Made by a program: the position numbers and the translations under genes. Shown here one piece after another: positions 46,501 to 58,614 of a stretch of 64,000 nt of DNA. The notes beneath the pieces are model-generated. The model was not told where the DNA came from, did no database searches, and saw only the letters and a list, made by a program, of their open reading frames with translations. Numbering within the stretch: position 1 is the stretch's first letter; the number at the start of each line of letters is the position of its first letter. The stretch comes from Klebsormidium nitens (Eukaryota > Plantae > Klebsormidiophyceae): the NCBI GenBank assembly GCA_000708835.1, contig DF236981.1, positions 265,006 through 329,005 of the forward strand, in the 5' to 3' direction.

Positions 46501-48884
46501 TGACAACCCTTGGTCCAATAGCCTTCAGCTTCCATAGCTTATAATCTGGGCTTTCCATAAGCTGGCTCTCCTTCTGCGGAGCATCTTTGAAAAATGTCCT
46601 TGTGATCGAGCCGGAGAGCCCCCCTCGGATGACGATTCCCTCAAATTTGTATACCGTTATTCACTGGGTTCCGTAGTCTGGCGTCACTCGTGCAGAGCAG
46701 CCTCAAAACTATTTCCTCGGTTGAGCCCTCCTGGAACATCTGGGTGTATTAACTCGAGGCTCCACACCGTCTCTTACCAACCATAACCTGGCCCCATTCT
46801 CGCAGGGCATCCTCGAAAAACTCTCTTTGGCTGAGCCCCCCTGGAAGCAGGACGACGTTCTCTACAGCACATACGCTCCCCCCCCAGTACCCCGCCCGCA
46901 ACGGCGACCTCCAAGCTACGAAACCGCTCCACGTGGTCGCCCCGAAACGTCTGGACGGGTCCCCAGCAATAGTTACTCGCGCGCGCCCGCCTACGATTAC
47001 CCAAAAGCCTCCGGTGGAACCGAGCCGCGCGCTGCGCCCGCTTATGTGGAGCTGAGGACGCCCGCTTATGAGCCGCCCAGGACGCCCGCTTATGAGCCGC
47101 CCAGGACGCCCGTTTATGGGGTCCCTTCTGAGCGGCCCAGAGGGCGGGGGGATACCTTATATCAAGACCCCCGGCGACAGAATGAGCCCCAGTATAGCGG
47201 AGACAGAGGAGCGCCCTATTCTGGGATGGCACAATCCCAGCAAAGTTCGCCACAAGAGGTCTCGGAACGGGGGGGTCAAATACAGGGTAGATATGGGGAG
47301 GGGGCCAGCACTTTTGGCAGGGAAGCATCATCAAGGGAAGAAACCACCGGTCAGAGGCCGGTAGAAAGGGAGTCTTCTCCGGGGCGCTTCAGGGGGGCAG
47401 CTTTTGGGGCTCGGGGGAAAGCTTTGAACAGAGTCTCCGAGGGGTCAAATTCTGAAAGGGCGTCTGATTGGAACGCCGCAGTGGAACGGTATCCGGAACA
47501 ACGGTGGGAAGTTCCGGAGCCGGTGTATCTCGAAAGGGGGGTGGTCCAAGCGAGGGAAAGAGGAGGGGTGCCGGTGGCACGGCGGGGCGTTGAACGGACG
47601 AGAACTAGGGGTGCGGTGCAGTCTGGCGAGCCAGTTTTCGTCGAACGGGATTCTATTCGGGAGGACGTTTGGAAGGCTGACGAGCCAGTTGCAAACGGGG
47701 GCGCGCAAACAGCAGGACCTTTTTTTGAAGGCAGGTCTGTCAGGGGGCTCGGAGATGCAGCTTTCGAAGGCCCCCGAATTGGTGCAAGAAGCGACGAGAG
47801 TTCAGGGGGGTCAGCTCGGCCTGGCTACGGAGAAGAGTTGCGAGGAAGTCCGCCCGTCAGGGGGGCTGGGGAAGTACGTGGCAGCTTCGAAAGCGGAACT
47901 GGGTATAATGCAAGTGAGGCGAGCTTTTCGGAGGAGAAACGAATGCCTGGTTCGCCGAGAAATCGAGAACCGGAACCTCAGAGGAGGGTGATGGAGGAAA
48001 GATGGGCGTCGACTGGACGGCCTGGAATTGTGGAGAACCGTTCCGGCGCTGGGAGCCCGGAAGGCGAACGGAACGAACGGAATGACGGTCAAAGGGAAAG
48101 TGCGATGAACAGCCGCTTGACTAATGGAACCGCCTTCTCGGAACGGGCTGCGAGCGGCATTCCGGCTTTGGGCAGCGGAACAGCGGATCGACGTGTTGAC
48201 GGAGTTGCAGCAAGTGTTGCGACAGAAGGAAGGGGCCGTTTCCAGCCGGATGCGCCTCGGTACAGTCAACCGACAAGAACGGCTGGTAGGGTCGAGGGTC
48301 AGAGTGGGGACGGTTGGAGCGTTCCCCGGGCACCAACAAGCAGACCAGGTCTAGAAGGGGGGGTCCAATTGTACGGCGCTAGTACTCCCTCCGACCGCTC
48401 TGTTTCTAGGAACGGTGTTGAGAAGTATGCCGGTCGGGAGAAGCCGCCTGGTGCTTCCGGGCAGCCTTACACTTCTGTCAGTGAGGCGACTGCAAGCCCA
48501 AGCGGGCGGCGGCCGGGCTGGCAAGGGGATACTCGGTCGGCGAATCGCGCTTTGGGAGTTGGGCCGCCACAACGAGACTTGAAACTTGGAACGGCGGGAG
48601 ATTTGGACGCGACAGTTGCAGAGCGCTCAAATCCGAATGCAGTCCAGGAGCGAGCGGGGGAAAGACGGCCCGTTGATGGGCGCGACGAGGAGGGTAACCG
48701 GGAGGCGCGTTGGCCAAGGGGCCCGGGAGAGGGTCTCAAGCAGTTCTTGAGAAGAGATCCGAGCGGGACTGCTTCGGTGACGTCAGCACGTGTGACGCCA
48801 TCGGTGAACGCAACGGGGGTTGAAGAGGCGAACGGAGCAGCGAGGCCTTTTCGGGAGTGGGTCGACAGGAGTCCTCGCCCGTGA
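43560..48884 (+). CDS. PRC-barrel domain protein (cyanobacterial-type, probably plastid-targeted) with a long disordered C-terminal tail, about 981 aa
   Basis: Exons 43560-44027 (S/R-rich N-terminus, then KQVITRTSGRNLGVVCQLWVD), 44543-44623, 44973-45098 (IVGSEVVSENGVYLGK), 45570-45659 (IRDFKFDPEDGAI), 46114-46215, 46806-48884 (GILEKLSLAEPPW plus tail). All junctions are phase 0. Confidence 0.85.
45797..45895. repeat. Intronic tandem repeat, about 47-nt unit, two copies plus a partial third
   Basis: tcaagatcttgaaccgtcagatcgaccac...gacggc followed by tcaggatcttgaatcgtcaaatcgacgac...gacggc, then tcag. Confidence 0.8.
47058..47118 (+). repeat. Coding 24-nt tandem repeat (RTPAYEPP, about 2.5 copies) in the PRC-protein tail
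   Basis: gacgcccgcttatgagccgcccag twice, then gacgcccgtttatg. Confidence 0.9.
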
Positions 48885-50672
48885 CAATGCGCTGGCGCTG
48901 GGTTTTGTGATTACGTATGCGTGTTGTGCTGTTAGTAGACTTCAAGGACTGTGAGCGTAGGAGGATGCTACAGCCGTCAGCATGTAGATCAGCAAAGATG
49001 TCTGCATCGAGAAGAGACCGTTCTGGAACAGAGATCACGAACACAATGTGGCGGCATTCACTGAAGTTGACCTGCCAATGCTCTTGCCCGAAACATTCAC
49101 AAACATCAGTTAGTTATAGAAAGAAAAATGGGTGAAACAGCTATGACAATTAGAAGAGCATGGACGTCTCGCTGAAAGACTGCATGCTCAAGCATGTGAA
49201 CTTTAAAGCGAGTCGTACCAGCAGGCCTGTTGTCACGGTATACCAACGTCCAATTCCACCGCGGTATACGTTTGTCACAAAATTCATATTCTATACGTCA
49301 CATCCAGCCGCCCCAGAGAATCTACCAAGGCGCGCTCCGGAGTGTCCGCAGAATGGCACCAATCCAAAGTCGACTAGGGGGACAAATCAGGCCCCCTGTG
49401 GATCCTTGCAAGTCCTTGACAAACCCTTTGATGAGGTGGGCGCAGCAGCAAGGATAGGAAAGCATGTTAGGGCAGAGAAGGGGCTAGGTATCCGACATCC
49501 CCAACAAGGTGAGTGGCGCTGGAAGCAAGCTCTGACACCGCCAAAAAGAAAGGGGCACAGGAGTGGGCTATAAAAACCCCCGGCGATAAGAGTGGGAAAT
49601 TTCGAGAACGATGATAGACCCTTAAGTTGAGGGGAGTGTATTAGCAGGAGAAGTCTGAACGAAACCTCGAAGATCTAGCAATTAAGAGTTTATGCCAGAA
49701 ATTCGAGCTTGCCGAAGATGCAGATATTGGACCATGCCATGAACGGTGTGCGCTTTGCGTGCACATTCATCAAACAGAACCTTTCGAAGCAACAGGCTAG
49801 CGCCACTGTCAGCGGCAGGGATGCGACAGTCACTGAGTGGTGTTGAGCAACTCAGCAGGACGGACTGCATTTTGGGTAGTCGTGACTGGCCCAGTGGAGA
49901 TCTCTTAAAGCATGGACCACAGGACATGAGCAGAGCAAGCACTTCGGTAGATATGCGCAAGTCAACTGGCAAAATCTTCGAAAAAAAGCAGTCTCTCGTA
50001 TGAGGACGCGCTCACCTCGGGTCCTAGCTTACTGGAGGCCCTTTTATGACCAGCCCTTCTCCAAAAGATGAAAAGAAATGCGGATGCCAGATTTGGCCAC
50101 ATTTGGAAAATTGGACACAACCTAAGTCGACTCTACAAGCAACCGTCAGATAGAGAAACTGCCTGCTATCCAACGGCTTGTAAGTTTCGCCTGTTCTGCA
50201 TTGGAAGCTTGCGCACCGTTGGTTGCACATGATCATATCGAACGGCGCTCGTATATGACAAAGAGGCCACGTGAAGAGGGATCACGCTCACCTCTCTTGC
50301 ATGTCTCTGCCACCTTCACTCCGTGAAGCATAACACTTGGACCTCCGCACACCCTGCGGGATGGATGCGAAGCCCGAAAGGGTGTCACAGGTCCCGGGCA
50401 GAATCAGCTCCTCTGGTGTGCTTCTTCTCTACAGCTAGTGTCAGCCACGTACAGAGCGATGATCACACCAGCAGGCGCCATGCAGACGCCTGATCGATTA
50501 AATGCTGCATGAAGATTTTGAACCCTCTTTCCAAGTTGCAGCCTCAAGCAGCCAGCCTTCACCTGCGCTGGTTTGCTCTCCTCTACTGACGTTCTGCTGA
50601 GAAATGCTGTTGTCCCAGTTGTCCAGGCGGTTTGCTCTCGCTGCACTCCCTGCACTTGTTGGTTTCGGCGCC

Positions 50673-53600
50673 ATGGCTTCCTCCCACCCGTCCAAAGCTG
50701 CGTCCGATGCAGAGTCTGTCCCTGGGGACTCCATGTCCGTCAAAACCACTCTGCTGGACAAGGGCGCCGGCGTCATACAGGGCGTCATGCAGAACCTGCA
50801 ACCCGTCAAGAAGATCCACATGCACCTCTGCGCTTTCGTGAGTCAACGTTGTCAATGTGCTCTGGAATGTTAGCAATTTCTGTGGGAAGCATGAAGAGCT
50901 CAGGGGGTGCTGAAGGGGTTGGCACTCTTAGGATTGGTCTAGTAGCTGCTGGTTCTACTGCCTGCAAGCTCAGGCCGCCGTACGAGCTGTTTGAAAAGCT
51001 GCGGCGTTTGGCAGTGGGAGGCAAGGTTGAGCTGGGTGTGAAAGCATGCTGCCAATATGAAGCTGGGCTTGCTTGCTGGGGTGGTCTGTAACTGTGCATG
51101 TTACTGCATGCATGTTACTGTTGCTGAGAGCATCAATCTCATAGCTGCAATTTGAAGGGTGACTATAGGTCAAGGTGTAGTGTGTGCTTTCACTAACCAC
51201 CACCCTTTTGGGCAACAACAATCACAGGGCAATTTGACAGCAAATATGGATCTACCAGAGATATGGAAGGCGGACTGTGCCAAGCTGGAGGAAGCAGAAG
51301 CCTTTAGCTCAGTTATGATTCTGATGCCGCTAGCAAAGAATTCAGAGGATCATTTTTGTGGATACGCTAAACCTTTCATTTGACCTGGGTTTACTGAAAA
51401 CCAGCCACCGCCGCCTATTTGCTCTGCCATCGTTTTCTATACTGTCATTGTTTCTGAGGTCAGTAATGTCGGTGTGCCATTGAGGATCTTTCAACACGGG
51501 CGGTGAAGTCACATGTGGGCGACACTGTCGTGACCATTGATGCAGAGGAAGCTTATATTAGGGTATAAGAGAAGAGAAAGACCAGAGGCGTTTCGTTTGT
51601 AGTTAAACAACTCCAATCAGAGCTTATTTGACCAGGATCCAACTGGCCAAGGCGCCTTTCAGGATGGACAAGCTGGGGTTGCCAGTAATGTGATAAACAA
51701 CCTGTATCCTCAAAAACATGCGTTTGTCTTTTGTGCAGCACCTGTACGCCCACGACTTGACTCGCCAGGTGGAGGCGCACCACTTCTGTTCGCATCTCAA
51801 TGAGGACATCCAGCAGGTGAGCATGCCTCGTCGATGAGTAGTAATAAGCTGGTGATTGGGTACTGCAACTAGGTGGGATCCTATGGTTTTGTTACGCCTG
51901 TGTGTGCCGTGCCATCGTCAAACCAAAATTGAACTTTCCACAGAGGTCAAATGTTACAACTGCCAGATGAAGAAGTAGCAGAGGAGTGGGCGCTGTATGC
52001 AACTTAGACGACATCCGCATCTGAACACAGTTGGCTGTGGTCACCTCCTGGGCAAGAGTCTTGGTGCGTTTCTAACCTAATCATGGGCATCCCTTTTCTT
52101 TAGCACATCAAGACTAGAGACTCTTTAGCTGGGCAATTTTTGAGATATCGCCTGTAGTCTGTCTCTTCAAGATCGATGAGATGGACTTCAGTTTTCCGGC
52201 TCTATGCTGGACTGCCCAAGATTTGCAGCGCTTCAAATGAAGTTCCGCAAACGAAGTACTGGGTATTCAAATCAGTTTGGGCACTGCGGTGCTGTATCGA
52301 GACCCTCAATACGCCCTTCTCTTTAACAGCGTCCTTTTTTCGTCAGGAGCGGGCAATTTTGAAATTACGCGCCTGTTTTCTGGCCTTCAAGATCGACGAG
52401 GGGGACTTCAGCTTGTCGGGTCAATGCTGAACTTTCCTGACCAATGTTCGCAGCGCTTCAAATGAAGTTCCGCAAACGAAGTATCCCACTTCAATCTGGG
52501 CACTTGCGGTGCTGTATCGAGACCCTTCACACGCCTCTCTCTTTAACAGCATCGTTTTTTCGTCCTCTTGCCTCTTTTCTTTTTGCGTTTTTGCGTTTCT
52601 CTCTTAGGTAGGCCGGAAGGAAGAAATACATTAGAGGAGGGAATAAGAATGTTTTTGCAGTACTTTGAAATCGTTCGTCGGCCGTTGCAGTGCGTCATCT
52701 ATGACACAGACGAGTCGAACGCGCGGCTCATTGGCGTTGAGTACGTCATCAAGGAGGAGATTTTCGCGACACTGCCCCCTGAAGAGAAGAAGTTATGGCA
52801 CTCACACGAATACGAGGTAAAGTTGTGGTCGCACCTTCTCTAGACCTACAGCTCTGTATCTTCGTCACTTGGCTTGGCCGCTCTGCAAAATCGAAATGCG
52901 AAACCCATTGACATGGCATTTTCAGTCTTCTAAAAGTTCGATACCGATTCTGGCCCCAGCCAATGCACGATATGTGAATCATGCTTCTCGTGACTCAACA
53001 TAAACGCGCAGTGGGTGATTGAAAGCCTTGCTTCAACAGAGGTGAGTCACCACTTCTTTTCGCAGAAGATGGAAGCGATTGCCCAAACCGTGGACGCTAC
53101 TATTGGCATTTGGCCTCTTTCTTGACCGCGCTTTCTGTTACAGGTCAAGAGCGGCGAACTGGTGTTGCCGGGCCTCCCCAAGGTGGCCGAGCAGGCCGTG
53201 CTGCGCAAGCTGGCCAAGACGTACGGGAAGACGTGGCACTTCTGGCAGTATGATAGGGGCGACCAGCTACCCCTGGGTAAGGCCGCTGTGTCGCCTGATA
53301 TTCGACGAGTGTTCTGAATGCTTTTGTATGATTTCTGGAAGTAAGGAAAAGTCAGTTCTAGTCCAAGCGGAAGTGAAAGAGTCAGCTGTGCCTTTCTGGG
53401 TTTTCGTGATCATTAGTGCAAGATTTTGAGTTTTGAACACACGAGAACGCTTAGGACCTCTCTCCGAAGCTGCGATGAAAACCTAGCCTGTTTCAGGATA
53501 AAGTGGGCCTGTCCTTGTGAGAGAGCGGATCTGGGAACATCTGGTGTGTGCTCAACAAACTTCCAAGCGTTCGGACGGAGCCCGGATGCAAAGTAAACCC

Positions 53601-54276
53601 TTGGCCGAAGTACTCTCATTCTGTCGTTCTTCGTAACGCGCACTGTTCATCAAAGTTTGGAGGGTGCTTGCCGGCGGCGAACTTGTCACCGCTCCCAAGC
53701 CGTGAAGCCGGGACTTTTAAGACACCAGTATATGCATGTTCTATAGGTCGAAGAGTTTTGGAGGAACTAGGAATAGAGCCCGGAACCAGCTGGTTCCTTC
53801 ACCCAACGTAAGGCTTTCCAAAGCAGCCCAAATTATTGACGGATGTCATTGACTTGGTTAGAGCGTACTCGGATAAGCTGCTGATCATCGAGTCGTCCTT
53901 GACCAAGGTCAGTTGACACCTTGTCCGAATATTTTGCACGACTTCGTTTATCCTGGAGAACAAAGGCCGACACTAAACTACCTGGCAGAGGCTGTATCTC
54001 ATCATCTGTAGACGAAGACCAAAACGCTGCCCGTTCCCCACAGGTCTGCCGCAGCTGATGGCCGCCGTAACGCACGACGGTCAGCTAGACCTGAAGGTCG
54101 TGGAGGAGCGTGACCGGCGTTACGGCGTCAGCACTGCCGACCGGAAGAAGGAACGGCAAGATATCGAGGGGCCGGCGAAGATCGACCCCGACGCCGACTA
54201 TCCTCACCGGACGGGAAAGGGGCTGCAGGTCGTGCTGATGCCAGAGGAGGAGCTGCAGCTGCCACGTCATCTCTAG
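50673..54276 (+). CDS. Oil body-associated protein (OBAP/DUF1264 family)
   Basis: Exons 50673-50837, 51739-51816 ([15 protein letters not shown]), 52691-52816 (CVIYD...ARLIGVEY...[10 protein letters not shown]), 53144-53276 (VKSG...[19 protein letters not shown]), 54044-54276 (LPQLM...RDRRYGVS). These are diagnostic DUF1264 motifs. Confidence 0.92.
52130..52570. repeat. Intronic tandem duplication of about 220 nt in OBAP intron 2
   Basis: Two copies share gggcaattttga, cttcaagatcga, gcagcgcttcaaatgaagttccgcaaacgaagta, gcggtgctgtatcgagaccct and ctctttaacagc. Confidence 0.9.
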
Positions 54277-55887
54277 GTGCCACGTGGCACTCGATAGAGA
54301 CACTGTAGCGAGGAGGTCGGAGCCACGTCATTGAGCGGATCATAACTGAGAGTTTTCATTGTTGGAACGCTTTGCGGTCCGAGCTGTTTTGAAGATCTGG
54401 GACAGTTCGAACCGAAACTGGAAGCTAACCGCGGAACCATTCTGTTCAACGTTGAAGAGAGGCAGTAGAGAATAGCAATAGCATAGGCCTCCGCAACTAA
54501 TGTACCATAAGGGCGATCCGCAAGGAGTTGCCGCAATTATACAGATATAGAGACCTGCAGCTAGCTAGAAAAGTCGTGCATGCTTGCGCGACCAAAGCAA
54601 GCGACGTTTTGGTGCATTTGAAGTCGCAATGATAAGCTTTTCCAGGGGCGTCTTTGTACGGGAAGTGTCTAGCAAGTGTGCGGATAGTGACTGGTTGTAC
54701 AGCAGTCAGAACACAAACAATCCGTCGCGCCCTTATGGGCTGGCCAAAGCCGTCTCCTGTCTCTGAGATGATGCTGCAAAACGTGCAGGTAGCCGTATAC
54801 GACCTCGACTCGAAGTCGACATTTGACGTGCCTAGTTAGCAAATTTGCATGTCCAAGCTTGGCTTCTATCAGGATTCGATTTGAACGCTTCAATGAACCG
54901 AGGAAATATCTCATGCTTTCTTGTTGGACAACCTCCTGCATTTTTCTGTACAAGGTAAAGCGTCCTTTGGTCAATAGTAGCTGCTTATCGGCAATGAACT
55001 GTGCACGATCAAAGGGACATGTGTGTGTTCAATTCTGATTGCGTCGTACTTTTTCAGGGCTAAGATCTGGGCTTTTGCAATAAACACTTGCAAACAGCCA
55101 GCAGCTTGTTGACGATTCAAGAAAGAAAGTCTCCCGCAATCGCTCGCGCACATATATGAGTTTTGATTGAAGTCCTACTCATGTCAGTCTCATACTCAAC
55201 AATGTGTCAGCCGTTCACGAGGTTATCCAAAAGCCGGGCCAAACCTTTGGTTCGTACATATCTGATGAAGCCCCTGCAACGGTGCGCAGAGTTGCTGCGC
55301 CAACGCGCCAATGGTCTGGCCCGTGTTAGGTGCATTTTGAAGACCGAAGGTGCTGTTCAAGAGAATACAAAGTTCAAAAAAGAAACGGACTCCTGACGAT
55401 CGCCCTCCTGCCACGATCAGCCTTAACCTACAAACAAAGACGTCAACATGTCAAGACTGGCTCTCTTCACGTGACAATTTGATCCCTTCCTACTGAATTC
55501 CGCCACGTGGCAATGCAAGCTGCTTGATATTCCACTGATTACCGGCGGGAAAATTTACTGATTATGGCCGATCATTTTGCTGAGTCACCGGCCCTACTCA
55601 CCGTCCTCGAACAAGGTAAGACTGCAGCTACTCGATTCTTCTTTGAGCAGAGAGGGGTTGGATTGAAGCGCTCTCATGCAGCCTTCGTCCAGGAACTATT
55701 CTCTTCGAGTGCGCGTTCAAATGTTACATGGTGGCAAGCAACAGGGCGCATGAGACAGAGCTCGTCGAGAATTGTGGACTGAGGTTGCACGGACGGTTTG
55801 TCTCCTGTTAAATTCATGAAGTATTTCTCTGCAAGATAGAAAAAGACTAGGTTCTGAAACCTGGTAGCTTTGGAGAAGAAGAAAGGG

Positions 55888-57285
55888 ATGGCTAGAGGTG
55901 GGAAGGCGAGATCCAGCAGGAGCGCAAATTCTGTGGCAATGCCTCTGCGAAGAGGCGATGCCCGTACCATGCAGGCTCTTCCGGTAGATGTTCTCTCTTG
56001 TATCCTCGATAAGGCTGCGCTGACATTGAAGGATCTGATCAGAGTGATGACTGTAAGCAAAGCGTTCTACGAAGCCGCGAAGGGCGTGAAAGAGGTGGAA
56101 TTCTTCTTCAAATGCTTCAATTGTGCGGAGCCTGAAAGACCCTGCTTCCAAGGTTCAGTCACAAGGATATTGAGGGAGGCTAAGAGCGTCAAAGCACTGA
56201 GAATGGAGTCGAGAGAGCGCACGTGCCATGAATGTGTGGATTCCATTGAGGAGTCAGCATCGCACAAGTTTCAGGACTGGGAAGAGATGGTTGCAAGCTG
56301 GATTGGGATTCTTAAGGAGGACCTGGAGGATTTTGTCTACTGGGAGGAGTTTTACAGCCGGTTTGAGCATCCAAGGTTTGGTAGTCTTCTTTTTGGGGCT
56401 ATCTCGCACTGCAGACTTCTGAAACGGATCGAGCTACGAACAGCAGTACCCGAGAACATCATGGATCAACTCTCAAGCAGCTGGTTGCCACATGGCCTCC
56501 TTGAGCTGTCATTCTCAGGCTTTGAAGAAGGACATCAGAAGCTGATGAACACTCTGACGAAAGCTTGCCCCTTCTTGAGAAAGCTGTCGTTCCTGGGTCT
56601 GTGGAAGGGAGATCTGTCCATTGAACTCAACTTCCTGGAGTCTCTCAAGGTTGCATACGTCTACATGTACCATGGTGTTCCAATGAACCTCAACATCAAA
56701 TCTGCTCCAAACCTAAGAGATCTGGCAATCGAGTACCAGGGATCAATTGGGGAAGTTGACGGAGCCAAAATCTTGATCCATAAGCAGCCGCTTGCCGTGA
56801 AGACCCTTTCAGTGAAGAGTGTGTCCTGGAAACAGACAAGTGTCCTGCTGAGTAGCTGCCCTGACGTGCAAGATCTCACCATTGAGCACCCGCGCGAGAA
56901 TGGTGTATTCTTTCCGAATGCGCGGACAAGATTGGCGACCGTTCTTGGGCAAGTCACGCAGACCAACAGAGAAGTGAAGAAGCTGCGGCTTGCAAAAGTT
57001 TCCGATCCCAGCAATGATTCGATTGACAAGCACGGTCTGGGTTTGGCGAGGCTGAGCGAAGTCACCTTCGTAAGATCTGAAAAGGTCGACTTCCTTAACA
57101 TCCGTGAATGTCTTGAGAGCTTCCTGCCAAAGTGCCCGTCGCTGAAGTTGGTCAAGTTCGCTGGCCACGGCCTGCGCGATTACGGTAGCGACTCAGAAGG
57201 GGAGCAGGAAGGCAAGATAGAGACGTTTATGAGCGACCTCAATTCTCTGCAAGCAAGCTTTCCAGGGGTCAAGTTCGATTTCTAG
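55888..57285 (+). CDS. F-box protein with an LRR/RNI-like C-terminal region, intronless CDS of about 465 aa
   Basis: Single uninterrupted ORF with an F-box-like motif LPVDVLSCILDKAALTLKDLIRVMTVSKAF. It is followed by LxxLxL-type repeats (CPFLRKLSF, PNLRDLAI, CPDVQDLTI, CPSLKLVKF). Confidence 0.75.
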   Translation: MARGGKARSSRSANSVAMPLRRGDARTMQALPVDVLSCILDKAALTLKDLIRVMTVSKAFYEAAKGVKEVEFFFKCFNCAEPERPCFQGSVTRILREAKSVKALRMESRERTCHECVDSIEESASHKFQDWEEMVASWIGILKEDLEDFVYWEEFYSRFEHPRFGSLLFGAISHCRLLKRIELRTAVPENIMDQLSSSWLPHGLLELSFSGFEEGHQKLMNTLTKACPFLRKLSFLGLWKGDLSIELNFLESLKVAYVYMYHGVPMNLNIKSAPNLRDLAIEYQGSIGEVDGAKILIHKQPLAVKTLSVKSVSWKQTSVLLSSCPDVQDLTIEHPRENGVFFPNARTRLATVLGQVTQTNREVKKLRLAKVSDPSNDSIDKHGLGLARLSEVTFVRSEKVDFLNIRECLESFLPKCPSLKLVKFAGHGLRDYGSDSEGEQEGKIETFMSDLNSLQASFPGVKFDF

Positions 57286-57955
57286 AGCCTCGGAGGTCAG
57301 ATCGTCTCAACAGCTGCAACCTGCTATGTTCCTTGTCGAGTAAAAGTCGAGACATAAGCGTTGAAATCCTGTAACTTTGCGGAGCAAGTGTCATGTTGAA
57401 GGCCTCTCAGCAATATGCACGCAATATGCTGTGACGTCTGCCGGCGGCCTGCATACCGCATCAGATTTTTCTCAACATGCCTTGTCGTGTAGTGGAGAAG
57501 CAGTGTTCGGAGAGCCGGCCCACATGAGTTTCATGAGTGACACGCGCCATGAATTGGAACAGAGCACAACCTGGTGATTGAAGGTGCATCAGTCTGGAAG
57601 ATTGTCCAGTCAGACGCAGAAGATGGTCCAGAGCGGATGTGGATATTATCCAGCACGCAATTAATTGCATGGTCCTTGAAGGCCGTGCTTGCCTGCCTTC
57701 AAGAAGGGCGCAGCTGCAGTGTGACATGCCACTGCAGATCTCGTGGCGAAATCAAACACCAATTGAACATTGCATAAGCATCAGTGGTCATATGATGCAG
57801 CCTGGCGCGAGCTGCAGTGCACGCTAGCGCTATGTACACACAAAGATCCACGTGAAACGTGCATTTCGGCATATGATTCACCGCAAACTGAACTTGTTTC
57901 AGATCAGTGCCTAGAGCTAGCTTTGCATGCATGAACCACTTAAGACCATCATGCA

Positions 57956-57975
57956 TTCGAATATGCATATTCGAA
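57956..57975. repeat. Perfect 20-bp palindrome in the F-box/PUS1 intergenic region
   Basis: ttcgaatatgcatattcgaa equals its own reverse complement. Confidence 0.9.
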
Positions 57976-58614
57976 AAACGGTCGAACTGCATATAGACAT
58001 CAAGCAGAACGCGATTATGATGCTACTTCCCCAGGACATTGACCGAGTATCACAACTCTTGTGTGTCATGACAAGCTTATCTGGAGCTCATGTGGCTACG
58101 TAGCTCAATCGTATGATCATCATGCTTTCAAATGAGAGAAGTGTCCATGCTTTCACTTAATTAGTTGCATTAGAAAAAATTGTCCGGTTGCCGCATGTTC
58201 CAAAACGGGCTGCCAAATCCCTAACGGTCATACTTGACTAGCTACCATTTATGTATTCGTACCTCGTATAAGTGGGCCAAGAGCTCTTGCAAGCTCAAGC
58301 GACCGCCAAACTCGGAGTAGTAGTCAGCCAGCAACGGCCTGACCTTCGTGAAACAAGCTCAGGATTGGATGGGCGCATCAAGTGTTTGACACAAACTTAG
58401 CAGAACGGGCACTCCGCATGACCCATAGGTTTGTAGGCCAACAATCAATCTGCAACACATTCCGCAGCTGCCAACGAGTGCCCTTCGCATGGTCGCATGA
58501 GGTTTCGAAACGTGAGGACGGAGTCAACAAATCATCACGTACTCCCGTCACCGCAGGCATGAATGTCGACTAAGTCTGAAGTTAAGCCAGGTGACAACTG
58601 CGCCCGAATTTTGA

